DNA of 64,000 nt from the human T2T-CHM13v2.0 reference genome, Homo sapiens. The first letter of the stretch is position 1, and each line of letters starts with the position of its first letter. The position numbers and the translations under genes were made by a program. The notes under the pieces are model-generated. The model was not told where the DNA came from and ran no database searches. It worked only from the letters and a program-made list of their open reading frames with translations. Location: the NCBI RefSeq assembly GCF_009914755.1, contig NC_060930.1. The stretch is one strand, 5' to 3'. Positions 1-14,502 of the stretch are shown here, in pieces.

Positions 1-1668
1 ATGCAGCCTGCCAAGTGTGACCCAGAGACTGTAAGCTCTGAGGAACTTTATTTGGTGTTTCCTGAATGTTTTACTGAGAAGCCTTTGTCAAGTAAAGCCA
101 CTCAGTGAATCCTGTGACTGAATAGCCAACTGGTGAAATGAGAAACTGTCAACGTTTTTACTTTTTACTGAAGGAGGCCAATTCTGTGAGCGTATGTTTG
201 ATTCAAATAAGAGGTTTGGATTTGTTTAAATCCACCCCGTCAAGGGTATTTCTAGATTTCATCACGGAAATATAGTGGAGCTCTGCGTGGTGGCCATGGC
301 GAAGCCCCCAGCAGCCGTGTGCCCACGGGTAGGGACCGTGAGCACGCAACTCTCTGTGGCACCGGTGTCCTGGCTGCTGACTTTGGTCTGCTGGTGTCAT
401 CCTCACCTCCACTCATTGCACTCTGCCTTGGTGCAGAATTCAGTCCCTCCTTTTTTATATTTACAAGAAACAGACTATCGGGAGCGGCTTGGAATTTGCA
501 TGGAAGTATGTTCCTGTAGTTAGAACCCCATCTAGTTCCTTTGCTGCAGGAGAGAAAGGCACAAGCCAATGTCTCCATGCCGACTACGACTGTGGACCCA
601 ATGGCAGAAAGCATCTGCTGCTCCCTGTTCTGGCCCTATCACTTCTAGGGGGACGCTGTTGTGTCCAGTGCTCCGCAGGGAAGCCTTCCCTGACCACCCT
701 CCCCCACTCTACATGACACCTGGCACCTCCTCCCATCCCATATTTGTGTGTTTGAGGCCTGTGTCTTCCCCAGACTGAATGGAAGCTCCTCGAGGTTTTG
801 TGTGTTTCATGCACTGCTCTGTCTCCAGCCCCTAGGATTTGACCTAGTACACAATAGGTGCTCAGGAGATATTTCTGGACTCAAGCAACAAATGTGCCCG
901 GTCAAGTAAGAAAGAAATAGCAAGGGTCTTAGATGGATTCCCTCTGAAAAACGCACCACATTTCGTGTGGTAGGTAAAAGAAGGTGCTGACTCCGGATTC
1001 CCAAACTGACTCAGCTGTTTTATCAAAGCAAGCAAATCATTCTGGAAGTTATTGGGAACAGGGCAACAGAGGGGCATCGAAGAAGAGGCGCAGAGGGGAC
1101 AGCAGGTGGTTCTGTGGAGAGAAGGCGACCAGGTCGCAACCTCAGTGAAGGCTGCTGCCCTGGCAGGTGTTAATATGGCAAGGACTCTCAGGGTGTAGAT
1201 GTCGCACCAGTTTCTGTCTCTCCAGCTTCTCTCCTGTGGGATCCCTGGTCACGAGTTCCATCAGGTCATAGCTGCTGATAGCTTCTCCGCTGGCCCGCTG
1301 TTAGCAGCCTTTGTCAGCTGAGGGATTCTGCCTCCAGCACAAGCTGCTTTTTCAGCAGAGCCTTGGAGGGGCCTTCCGCGCTTCTGCTGTGCGTCCGCTC
1401 AGGGCCTCTGGGCGGCAGCCTCTGTTCCTGGCAGAACAATTTGGCCCTCATGGGGTTGATCCTTGGTGGAGTCTTCCCACTCCTCTTGGCACTGCGGGTT
1501 CTTAGAGAATATATTTCTTCCTTCTCCGCCTGTCATTAACTCAGAATACAAGGTGGCCCACAGCCGCAGGGACGCCAAGGGGCAGCGGCCCATGACAGGT
1601 GTCTGGCCTCATTTGCAGTAGGGTTCAGCTTTGCTTCTGAAGCTTTACTGTTTTTTGTTTTGTTTCAG

Positions 1669-1761
1669 GGAAGGTCTGTTTCTCTAACAACTTTTTATCG
1701 AACAGCGAGGAATATCATGAGCATGTGTTTCAGCAAGGAGCCTGCCCCAGCCGAAATCGAG
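1669..1761 (+). CDS. JARID2: JARID2 internal exon (probably exon 9), [31 protein letters not shown]
   Basis: Polypyrimidine tract and CAG acceptor (1666-1668); GAG|gtgaga donor; 93 nt, phase 0-0; frame continues into the next exon. Confidence 0.95.
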
Positions 1762-3904
1762 GTGAGAGAAGGGGCCCCTCACGCTGCCTCTCATGGTGTG
1801 GGAACCCCTCGGCGAGCTGGAGGACATCCTGTCCTGCCCTGACCCCTGCAGCTCGGTGAACGGAAAGGACTCAGATGGGGCTGAGTTCGTCCTCTGTGTT
1901 GAGCGTGCACCAGGGCAGCCAAATGTTTTAACTTAGGTTGATCTAAACTTGTTCACAAGCCAAAAACACTATAATGAAGGTGGGGAGCTGCCGAGTGCAG
2001 GGGACGGGTTCTGGGCACGTCCCCTGCTCCCCGTCACTGTCTCCTCCTGCTTGCTCACCCGGCTGCTTCTCACCCCATCCTCTGTGTGTCTGTTATGCAA
2101 GAGAATGTTTGGAATCCCTTGAAACCACAGTTGTGCTTTTTCTTCTCTTCTATTTTTTATTTAATGGGATTGGCAGATTGCCATTTTTGTGCTTCTGCCA
2201 ACTCTCTTCTTTGAGTTAGTATGAGGTTGGAAAGACAGTGAGCACTTCTGTGCCCAGACCAATTAGGGGGAGTTTTTGTGTGCGGCGCTGCAGGACAGAG
2301 ACCGGATCTGTTTATTTACCTCCCCTCGGCCAGTGCCCAGCTGAGTCCGTGTGAACTTCCAGCTGCTGACGTCGGTGGGCTCTCAGCAGCGCTTGGTCGT
2401 GGAAAGGGAAAGAAACCAAACCCGGACTGCTGGTTCAGGGCAGCTGCCGGCCGGGGAACAGGAGGTATTTGCTGACCACAGCCTCATCTTTTAGTGTGTG
2501 ACAGGCTTTTGCTGTGTTTTTTTTTTTTTTTTCCCCTTAATGCCACCTGTTTCAAATAAAATCCAAGGTCGGTTTGCCCCGTGTATACATGCTGACCACT
2601 GGGGGTTCAGGTATCTTGTTTTGCCCAGGTTTTAGACCTGTGACCTTCAAACCTGCTCAAACCAGGACAGCTGGTCACCCTCCCTGGGTGGCGTTTGGTG
2701 CCCCACCTCCTGATAGCAATTGTCAGAGCTTAGGATGTCCAGCCCTGTGGCCCACCCCTCCCTTCCTAGTGTGGGGAATAGAGGTTTACCTTTCACGCCA
2801 TTTTCATCGTCTTAGGACCTAGGTCTCTGCTTACGTGCAGGGGCTGCCTACACTGTGTACCCTGGGTGCGGCTGTTGAATGCCACGCAGTGGCCTGACAC
2901 CCGGCCTGTGGTCATGATTACCGTGCTGCAGCCGCCACTGCCTCACCCACCACCAGCCACGATGTCAGCTGAACCGTGGTCTAGGACACGTGTGGCTTCC
3001 GCAGCTGCTTCCAGAGCACGCGTTGCGTTTGTGGTAGAGATGTCAGGCGGAGGACACTTGGCTTTCTGGGGCTGAGCGTTGGACCTGGGAAGAGGCCTTT
3101 ATTGCCAAACAACACGTGTCCTGTGGGCATCTCCCCAGAGGTGCAGAAGTTTATTATCCATGATGCGCAAGAAAACTTAGCTCATTTTACAGCCTCTTAT
3201 TCAGGAATTAATTCCCTCTGAAAGTCTGGATTTTGCTCTAGCAGTTGTGTAAATATTTAAACACAAAGGGGAGATTTGCTAGAATTTAAACTTCAGGCCT
3301 GGATTGCCTAGCTTCTTGTGCTCTGTATTCCAAAAAAGGCTGGTGGACAGCCCCTGGAGTTGGCCACCACCTGGGAGCAGTCCCTTGCTTCCCTTCCCAT
3401 GTCTTTACAGGCGCACCAGACGCTGGTTGCCCTCAGTTTCAGCAAATACGCAGCAGGCTTGGGCACTCAGGGAGTCTGTTGAGGGAATCCAGTCATTTAA
3501 TGTGGAATTCGTTCTTGATTTGTGGAGCTTGACTCCGCCAGGTCGGCCCCCTCTTTGTGGAAGTCACACAGCATTGAGGAAAGTGGTTTTGGTGTTGCTA
3601 GTAGCGCTTTGTGGAGCTTAACTGGACCCTATGATGCTGGGGGCTTATGAGTTAGGCTTCTTCCCTAAATGTGGTTCCAGCTTTACCAAGGCTTGTGAGA
3701 CGAGGGAAGAGGACTTAGTGCTTCTGGAGTGATCACTGAGAACAAAGTGGAAGGTGACTGCGTGGGGAGGCTTGTCTCAAGGGAGCCTGGGCACCGCTGC
3801 TTGCCTGTAGTCAAAGCATGTTCTGACCCATTCTTTGCCCCCATATTTGTTTAGATGGGACATATTAAAAGTCACTTCGGAAGCTTTATATAATTGGCGG
3901 TTAC

Positions 3905-4135
3905 CGTGCTTAGCATAATGTCCTCCAGGTTCATCTATGTTGTAGCATGTGTCAGAACTGACATCCTTTTACAAGTTGAGTAATAGGCCATGGTATGGAC
4001 GGAGTAGATTTTGTTCATCCATCTGTGGATGGGATACTTTGGTGGCTTCACCTTTTGGCTGTTGGGAATAACACTGCATAACATGGGTGAGACCCTGCTT
4101 TCTGGCATTCTGAGGATATGCCTGGAGGTGACCTG
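3905..4135 (-). mobile_element. Old L1 (L1MB-like) 3'-end fragment
   Basis: 'cttagcataatgtcctccaggttcatctatgttgtagcatgtgtcagaa' is typical antisense L1M 3'UTR. Confidence 0.7.
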
Positions 4136-4278
4136 TCATTGCTTTCTGCATTAGCGTCCTGCTGGAGACACTCTGCAAAGAGAGCATCTGTTCTGAGGGG
4201 TGTGTGCACCAGGCATTCGTGTCCCAGTTTTGTTGGGTTGAACTGTGCTCTGTGGCTGCAGCACCTTAGGGGTGCTGA

Positions 4279-4639
<361 letters not shown>

Positions 4640-5283
4640 TGAGAACCAGGGCTGGGAAATCCCTTCTAAGCACTGCCGGGGAGGGATGGCGTCTTCAGGC
4701 TTACAGGACATACAGTGAAAATTGATTTTTAGAAAAGAAAGGAGTAACATAATGATTGGTGAAGTCAGTAGAAAAGGTGGAAAGGTGAACCGCATGGCAG
4801 AGTCTGGAGCTGGGAGAAGCTTAGGGGCCAACTTTGAACCTTGAAATTGCTGCTTTCAAAGCTGAAGTCACAATTCCTTAAGGCTACTGCAGGCTTGAAA
4901 TCATGAATTCTCAGGATGGTCAGTAGGCTCGTAAGGGACGGATGGATGCTTTGCAAACTTCAGGGAAAGCCAAGGGGTCATGGAGGTTGTGGTCACCATG
5001 AATGTGAAGGCCCAGGCCTTGGCGAAAGTGGCTAGGAACCTGTCCAGGTCCTGGAACCTGACTCATTTCTGAGCTGAGCCAAGGAGCCCTGTGCCCTACT
5101 CACCCTGCTCAGAGGCCTTACCAACAAAGGGGCTTTCTTGCTTTCTGCCTCTGGCCCTGATGGGGGTTTTTGGGTTTGGCGCCTCTGGTCCTCAGCCTTG
5201 AGGTTTGGGGGCTTCGGCCCGTGGGCGGCCGGTTCCTCGGCATTCCTCACCAGGTCAGGTTCCTGCGGCCACCTCCCTCATGA

Positions 5284-5622
<339 letters not shown>

Positions 5623-6263
5623 TGAGTACTGGCCCCAGGCGGGAAGGGAGGGACTGCAGAAACTACTATTACCACATGAAGTGGGGCCTGTGGGTAACTT
5701 CTTGTCCAGGTGGTTCCACGTGCTTGAGAACTTGCTTCTCTGTGTTCAGGCCTGTCCTGCGTTCCCTGCCGAAGCCTGGGCCTGGGATCACCTACCTCTG
5801 TTGGAAGAGTTGGGGTGCTGGAGAATGTTGTAACACTGTCTGATGATGAGCAAATCTTTTCATATGCTTAGTGGCCATTTAAGTTCCCCTTAGTTCCTTA
5901 AGTTCCCTTAAGAATTACCTACTTACGTCTGTTTTTGTTTTGTTTTGTTTCGTTTTGTTTTGTTATGGATTAGTCACTTTTTCTTGTGGATTTCCAAGAG
6001 TTATTTTCACCTTAGGGTTAAGGAACAGTAGTAAAAGTGCCACACAAAGCTAACCAGTAGTAGTGACCGTGTCATCAGCCCTCTAGTAACTGAATATAAA
6101 CCGTGGTATTTCATGATTGGTTATTTTCAGCCTCTCTGTAGAGCCAGTGTTTCCTCATCTATCGGTGGCTGTGGGGAGTAGAGTTGACTTGGGAATCTCG
6201 TTCCTGCCATGTGGAGACACGCGCGTTATGTACCCTGTGGAGTCTGTTGCCTGGCGAGGTGTT

Positions 6264-6370
6264 CTGGGTCCCCGCCTGTAATCTGACTCTCACTGTAGCC
6301 ATCCCTGATTGAGGCTGGGTCCCCGCCTGTAATCCTGACTCTCACTGCACCCATCCCTGATCGAGGCTGG
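6264..6370. repeat. Tandem duplication, about 2.1 copies of a 51/52-bp unit
   Basis: ctgggtccccgcctgtaatc(c)tgactctcactgYaSccatccctgatYgagg at 6264 and 6315. Confidence 0.92.
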
Positions 6371-8460
6371 ACTCTTTGGTGTCTTTGTTTACGGCGGCAG
6401 ATGGGAAATGACTACAAATAATCAGATGTCTTGTCGTCTGATCGTTTACCGGCATGCTGTTCATGCCATGCTGACTGTGTTTATTGCCCTAATGGGGTGA
6501 TTAAACATTCTTTATTAAAATAAACAAAGTCTTAGGACTCGTGTTCTCCCTCTTTGGAGCCAGCGTCGGCTGCAGCCTCCTCATTTTGGCTGTTCTGGTG
6601 AGTGGTGCTGTGGACATGAGGGAGCCCTCCCTTCCCACATGGGTCTGTGTGCCATGGACGGTGATCATGGTGTCCTGCAGTGGGTCCAGAGTGATGGGCC
6701 CGGGAAGCCCAGGCTGTTGCCTTGGAGCGGGGACTGACAGGAGCCTTGGGGCTTAGCCGGGCCAGGCCACCAGCTGGGGAGGGGACAGCCAGGACTATTC
6801 CGAGAGGTGCCTTTGCCTCCGGAAGAAGAGCGTGGCCATTTCCTGTGGAGGAGTTACACTGGCTGTGGCATGGCCTGTGTTCTGGGGTCATCCCCAGGCC
6901 AGTGACCTCAGGCCCGAGTTTCTTCCGTGTGGGTTTGCTTATGGCTTGACGTTGAGTCACAGATAGCAAAATGTGATACCCTGTGTGGGCTTTTTGAAGA
7001 CTCACTCCTGGAACCTCATTGACAGGAGAGAAAGAAAAGGCAGGGATAGGATCAGAGAACATGATGGTGTGTAGTTTTTCTTAAAACATGTGATTTAGGT
7101 TAGAAACCCTGTATTTAAATTACCAATCAGTAACAGAATATGTTGGCATTGAAAATAACATGAGCATTAAAAAAAATACTTCCTTCACTGAGCAACTGAA
7201 ACCAGGATTTGGCCTCAGAGAGAAATGCTTTCATCACAGACACATAGGGGCTGCAGAGTTGCTGCCCGCCTGGACCTGGGGGGCGGGGGCTGTGGGGAGG
7301 GGCTGGCGGTGTTGCCCTGAGCTGCTGGCCCACATCTTTGTGTTTAATGGTGGTTGATGGCTTCACTGGCTTAGCATCCTGAAGACCTGTCAGGCCCCTC
7401 TCCACACTGATGTCCTCCTCTTGCCTGGGGAGGAGCCCCTCAGACAGCCTGAGACACCCAGGGGCAGGGCAGCCATCCCTGCACCCCTGCCTTGCGGGGG
7501 GCCTCCCCTCACATCCCCCTCATTCATGCTGTGAGCCTGACACCAGGGGCGTCACACGTTGTGAGTGGAAGTGTGGCCCTGGTGGGCTCCAAGGACATGG
7601 GCAAAACCTCCTCCCCTCCCTGTGATTGCCGTGAGGAGGCCGTGTAGGTTACTTTCTACCTGTACCTCCCACCTTTTCTTACACTTGAGGACCCCTGCCA
7701 TGGTTATACCCTGGAGGGTCTGTGAGCCACCACTTCCCCAGGCCACCCTCTGACAGAGGCCTATGAGCCCTTGATCCTCCTGTGTGTCTTGCTGTATGTG
7801 CCTGATGCCGGGTAGGCTGGGTCCTAACACGTAAAACTCTCCAGTGGGGAGCAGAGCTGGGGGCCCCTAGCTATCCCCTGACCCCTACTTCACCACAGCA
7901 TCTGCCAAGGAGTTGGCCTTGAGGTGGCACATGTGCATGAGCCTGGCTCCTTCCCCAACTCTCTGTGCATTTGTAGAGGGCAGGGCTTACTGTTCCTGTC
8001 TGGAGGGCCGAGGGAGCCACGTATTCCTTGTGAGGACATTATCAGGTGCTGCTCCTGCAGTGGCCTCTGTTAACAGAAGGAGGGTGCAGTGCTGGAGCCT
8101 CAGAAGAGGCTCGTGGAGGCCGCAGTGTGTCTGGTTCTGATTTCTAGGGGTTTGTGAACATCTGTTTGTGGTTTGAAGGCTTTTTGGCTCACCAGGTGGG
8201 TCAGATCTCCATAAAAGATGAGCATCTCGCAACGCGGATGCACTGTGGTTTGGCTGTGTGCTAGGTGGACGTGGCACTGCTGCCATGGGAAATGGGAGCC
8301 AGCAGTGACCAGGCACCCAGCCAGGCCAGTGCGCCATCCCTGCTGGCGTGGAGCAGAGCCTCTCCCATGTGTGCTCGGGTCCCTGAGGGTGACGGGGGTG
8401 GCCCAGTACATGCAGGAGGCCCTTGTCAAGTCTCTGCTTGTCTCTTGTGTCTCTCAATGA

Positions 8461-8607
<147 letters not shown>

Positions 8608-9377
8608 TAGGACCTCCTAGGCACTTGAACATGGTTTCCCATGAACCCGCCTTTCAAAGGCAATGAGGACACAGCAAAACAAATCCCCAGGGTGCAAAGG
8701 GAAAGGTCCTCTGACACAAAAGCCAAACTGACCTTCCATCAGATTGCACAGGGCGCTGGGGTTTTGCACGGCCTTTGCATCTGTTTTGGGGCTTGTTTGT
8801 GTTGTGGGCTGCTGTGGGCCCTGGGATTTCTTGTGCCCGCCGCTCCTACCTTCTGGGCATGTGAGAGGAATGAGCACAAAGGCTTCTTCACCTGTTTTCA
8901 GGAAGTCATGGGGCTGGTGAGTTCCTGGGAAGTGCTGCTTTGAGCTGAGTTCTGACCAGCTTCTCTGGCCTCTGCTGACCCTGCCGGTCCCGCCTGTCCA
9001 TCTTAGAGAAGAGATGGACGGGGGACTCCTTTGTAAGCCCAGCCTGTGGGCCTGTGGCCTACTTGGCTCTGGAGATGAGCCCGGCAGCCTCCTGGTTGTG
9101 TAACCTTGTCCTGTTTCCAGCCCTGGCATTGCCACGTGGGGACAGAGGGGCCTGTGTGGTCATCATGTCCTCAGCTGTGCATGAACCTGTCATCACTCTT
9201 GGACCAGTGCAGTTTAGAAGCTCCTTCTTGTGTTATGAATGACGTCTTTTTATTTTCCACATAAAACAATCTTATCTCCTTGAGAGCAGGCCTCTTAGGG
9301 TGCGCATACGTCACCTGAAGACTGCAGGTGTCCCTGCGCACAGGGAGGGGTGCCTCAGCCTGGCCCTGTCTCCCCAG

Positions 9378-9560
9378 ATCTCCCCGGAGGTGCTGTGCAA
9401 AGAGGGGATCAAGGTGCACAGGACCGTGCAGCAGAGTGGCCAGTTTGTCGTCTGCTTCCCGGGATCCTTTGTGTCCAAAGTGTGCTGTGGGTACAGCGTG
9501 TCTGAAACCGTGCACTTTGCTACCACCCAGTGGACAAGTATGGGCTTTGAGACCGCCAAG
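9378..9560 (+). CDS. JARID2: JARID2 exon (probably 14), [61 protein letters not shown]
   Basis: ccccAG acceptor, AAG|gtgagc donor; JmjC C-terminal strands; ORF 9300..9608. Confidence 0.96.
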
Positions 9561-10072
9561 GTGAGCAGAGCCGGCCTCCTCCCGCTTGCTGCCCCCGCAT
9601 CCCTGTGAGTGCCGTGCGTGAGCGCACACAGAAGCATCCCTGCGTGTGCGTGTCTATTTGTCAATAGTTCCTTTTGGAATATGTCTTTGAAATTCTTAAG
9701 ACGTGGTTGAAAGGTCTTCTAGGAATGAAAAGTTGTTAGGGATTTGTTTGTATCACAAAGAGTTTTGATCAGACCGTTACTGACAGACCCCTCCAGTATT
9801 GGAAAACTGTTGAAGATGCTCAAGGTAATTGCTTAGAATGGACAGAGAACCTCCACCCATCGTGAGGGAGTGGCAGCTGCCTCTGGGTAGCGGCGAAGTG
9901 CTATGACTTTTCCTGGTATGTGGTGCCTTTCTCACAGGGAGGCAAAGTTTTGAAGAGTTTTTAATCTAAATGCAATTCAAGATTTAGAAATTCAGACAGC
10001 CTGCCTGCCCCCTCCACCAAGAAGAACCTTGACAGCTGCCTAGTAATGAAAATCCACCCTAAAGGGATGTGA

Positions 10073-10216
<144 letters not shown>

Positions 10217-10377
10217 TAACAGACCCCCAGAGCCCACGCCAGAGAGCTGGACCCGGCTGCCCTTCGGGGGCTCACCCCCCGAGCAGGCCTCACTTCCTGA
10301 CAGGAGGGTGTGTCTGCAGGGAGGCCGGTGTGGGGTGCGTGTCCCCTCTGCTGGTGAGCATGGCAGGCCGTCACTAA

Positions 10378-10929
<552 letters not shown>

Positions 10930-11854
10930 TGAGGCAGTGAGGGGCGGGTTTCCAGTACTGGGCAGCGTCTGCCATTCCCTGTGGCCTGTGCCTGGTGCAC
11001 CTGGGCCCATGGCCTCTGCCCTTTGGCTCTGTTCTTGGTTTCCTGGTCCTGCTCAGCTACATGATCTGCCTCAGCCCCCGAGGACTTCAGAATCTATCCT
11101 TGGTGAAAGCTGATGTTCCTCCTGTCCCATCTGGGATCAGAGATGCTTTTCTGGCACAGCCACTCCAGGCCACAGCAGGCTGCATTCCTCTTGCCTTCTC
11201 GACTGTGCCCTGCTGGCTTCCTCGTGCCCACCTGCCTGCCTCAGCTTTGGGGTTAATACCAAACACCTCCTCCCCCTGCTCACCCCTGTTCCAGCCCAGA
11301 GGTGGGCTCAGAAAAGCCCTTCCATGGCGACTGGATGGCTGTGGCCCTCGCCATGCTTCTTCCAGTCTCCCCTTGACCTCTCACCAGAGAGCTGCCCTGA
11401 CACACTCTGGGTAGGGACGCCCAGCTGGCACTGCAGATGGCTCCACAGCACTACACACCTTAGCCTGGAACAGAGAGCATGCCCGAAGGGCCTGACCTGC
11501 CTCCCCGGGCCTCGTCCCTTTCCACAGTGCCTCACATCTCCAGTACAGAAGCCTAGCTTAGGAGGTGCCCACCCCATATGCTGTGTGGTGCCTGTGTCCC
11601 ACAGGTGCCCCCTTCGGCTGCACACTCGCTGAGAGGCCAGTGCCTCTGCGTCCCTCTGCTTGTCCATGGTGGGCCAGGACTGAGACCCGGGTCGACTCTC
11701 CTTGGCCTCCCAGTGTGACTGTGTCATGCCGTCTCACCCCGAGTCCTGGCGTGCCCTGTAGAAGAGGGAGGACACAGCCTCTCCCGGATGAGTCAGATCG
11801 TCAGATCGTCAGATCAGGGCTTTGTAACATTTGAAAGAGCTAAAAACTCGGTGT

Positions 11855-12030
11855 GTCCTCATCTCCTCCTTACCTAAGGACGCAAATCACATTGTATCAG
11901 ATAGGCCCACCCTCATGGCCTCATTTGAGCTGATTTACCTCTTTAGAGGCCCTACCCCCAACTGCAGTCACAGCTGAGATCCTGGAGGTTCAACGTTTGC
12001 ATTTGATGGGGGACAAATGCAGTCCGTGAC
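11855..12030 (-). mobile_element. MLT1 (MaLR) LTR fragment
   Basis: 'ggcccaccctcatggcctcattt...ggggggacaaatgcagtccgtgac' resembles the antisense MLT1 5' end. Confidence 0.65.
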
Positions 12031-12216
12031 CGCCCTGCCTCCTGTCCTGTAGATTTCCTTCTGTCTGGTTTTTTCCCCCAGACTTCTCAAAATGTATTAC
12101 CTAGAGCCATTTGGTTCTTAAAAGAAAATGATGATAAGCATTTTCCCAGATCTTCAAAGTATCTTATAAACATCACTGATAAAAGCTGCATAGCTTGGTG
12201 TGCTCTCTCTCTGTTC

Positions 12217-12477
12217 TTTTTTTTTTGTTTGTTTGAGACAGTCTTGCTCTGTTGCCTAGGATGGAATGCGTGCTGTGATCCTGTCTCACTGTAGCCTCAA
12301 CCTCCTGGTCATCCTCCCACCTCAGCCTCCTGAGTAGCTGGGACAGCAGGTGTACCACCACGCCTGGTTAACTTTTTTTTTTTTTGTGGTAGAGATGGGG
12401 TTTTGCTGTTACCCATAGGCTGCCTACTTCAGCCTCCCAGAGCCCCAGGATTATAGGCATGGGCCACTGCGCCCAGC
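12217..12477 (-). mobile_element. AluJ-like, internally deleted
   Basis: Poly-T followed by Alu reverse complement. Confidence 0.88.
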
Positions 12478-12678
12478 TGTCCATCCTCTTGCTGGAACAC
12501 GCTATTCATTTCCATGCACTGAGGGCTGTATGGTAGTTACACCTGGGGGTGAAGCTGGTCTGTCCCTGTGAGGTGGCACCAGGTGGCCTCATTTTCAAGC
12601 CATCCTTCAGAAACTTCAGAGTTGTCACCTGGCATTTCCTGTCAGCCTGAAAGTTATTTTAAGAAGAATGTATTGTGA

Positions 12679-13178
12679 GGCCGGGCATGGTAGGCCAATC
12701 CCAGTGCTTCGGGAGGCAACGGTGGGCAGATCACTCGAGGCCAGGAGTGCGAGACCAGCCTGGGTGACAGAGGGAGACTAATCTCTACAAAAAATACAAA
12801 AAATTAACTGGGTGTGGTGGCGGGGGTATCACTTGAGCCCAGAAGTTCAAGGCTACAGTGAGCCATGATCACACCACTGTACTCCAGCCTGGGTGACAGA
12901 GTGACAACCTGTCTCTTTAAAAAAAAAAAACAAAAACAAAAACCAGGCACGGTGGCTTATGCTTGTAATCCCAGCACTTTGGGAGGCTGAGGCGGGCCAA
13001 TCACAGCCTGGCCGACATGGTGAAACACCATCTCTACTAAAAATAGAAAAAATTAGCCGTGCATGATGTTGAGCGCCTGTAGTCCCAGCTACTCGGGAGG
13101 TGGAGGTTGCAGTGAGCCGAGATCGCGCCATCGCCCAGGTGACAGTGCGAGACTCCATCTCAAAAAAAAAAAAAAAAA
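12679..13178 (+). mobile_element. Two tandem Alus (AluJ-like 12679-12942; AluS-like 12943-13178), both with internal deletions
   Basis: Two Alu bodies, each with an A-tail. Confidence 0.9.
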
Positions 13179-14115
13179 CCCGTTATAAATCCATAGGCAA
13201 AAATTGGGGTTTGACTTATACGTTGACAGTTTGCATTGCTTGGATTACTAATACATTTGTGAATTTAAATTTGATGTGTTTCCTGTTCTTCCTGTCCTTG
13301 GCCCCGTGTCTCTCCAAGGTCTTGTTTCTGTCAGTAGGTGGCATTCCCACACTCCTACAACGTGTTCTCTGTTCCTTGCTTAGAAACACCGCAGACGAAA
13401 ACAAGTCCTTCCCCTCAAGCTTTCTGAGAAAGGCCTATGACTCTTCTCCTCTTGAGTGTTAAGACTGAATTTTTCCTTATTTTCAAACTCAGAATTAGAA
13501 TAGGACTTGGAGTCAGCGTGAAGTATGGGAGCCCTCCGGCAGAAGCCAGGTGGCTGTTTCCTTTCATCCGGCCCCTCTCAACCCTAGACAGGCCCCCAGT
13601 GAGGGTCTCTGTCCCAGCACTCTCCTGTGGCCTCAGGCAGCAGGGCGTCCACTGGCGGGACAGCTGTGGGCTTTGTGGACAGCCCGCCCAAGGGGGCCGG
13701 GGCTGGTGGGTGAGGTCATCGGCGTCACAGCGGTCAGGAATCTGTGATGTTGAGGGTTTTGGGGGAGTTTGCATGGGGTCGTTGGACGCCGCTTGCTCTG
13801 TTGACTGTGAGCCACTCATGGACCACCATGAGAACCTGTTTTGCTGCTGGAAAGTCAAGGGTGCGTTCCCCGGGTGGCCGCCTAAGTTGGAGTCCTCCAT
13901 GTTCCACATCTATTCCAGCACTAGGGTGGTTTCAAACACAGGATCTCAGGAGCCCTCAGAACTCAAGAGATGAGAAATACGCACCCCTCACTGTCTTTAG
14001 CAGCCTGGTGGTGACTGAACCTCTCCCAGGAAACTCCAGCAGAAATCTGGAGGGGACTTGAGGGCCACTCCCAGGTCTAACTCAGAGGTGGTCAGTTACT
14101 CACCTTCCTAGTTGA

Positions 14116-14502
<387 letters not shown>

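Noticed and set aside
11792-11815. Short repeats (gtcagatc)x3, and ttaagttccc-like repeats near 5880-5912
   Set aside because: Ordinary slippage micro-duplications with no functional evidence
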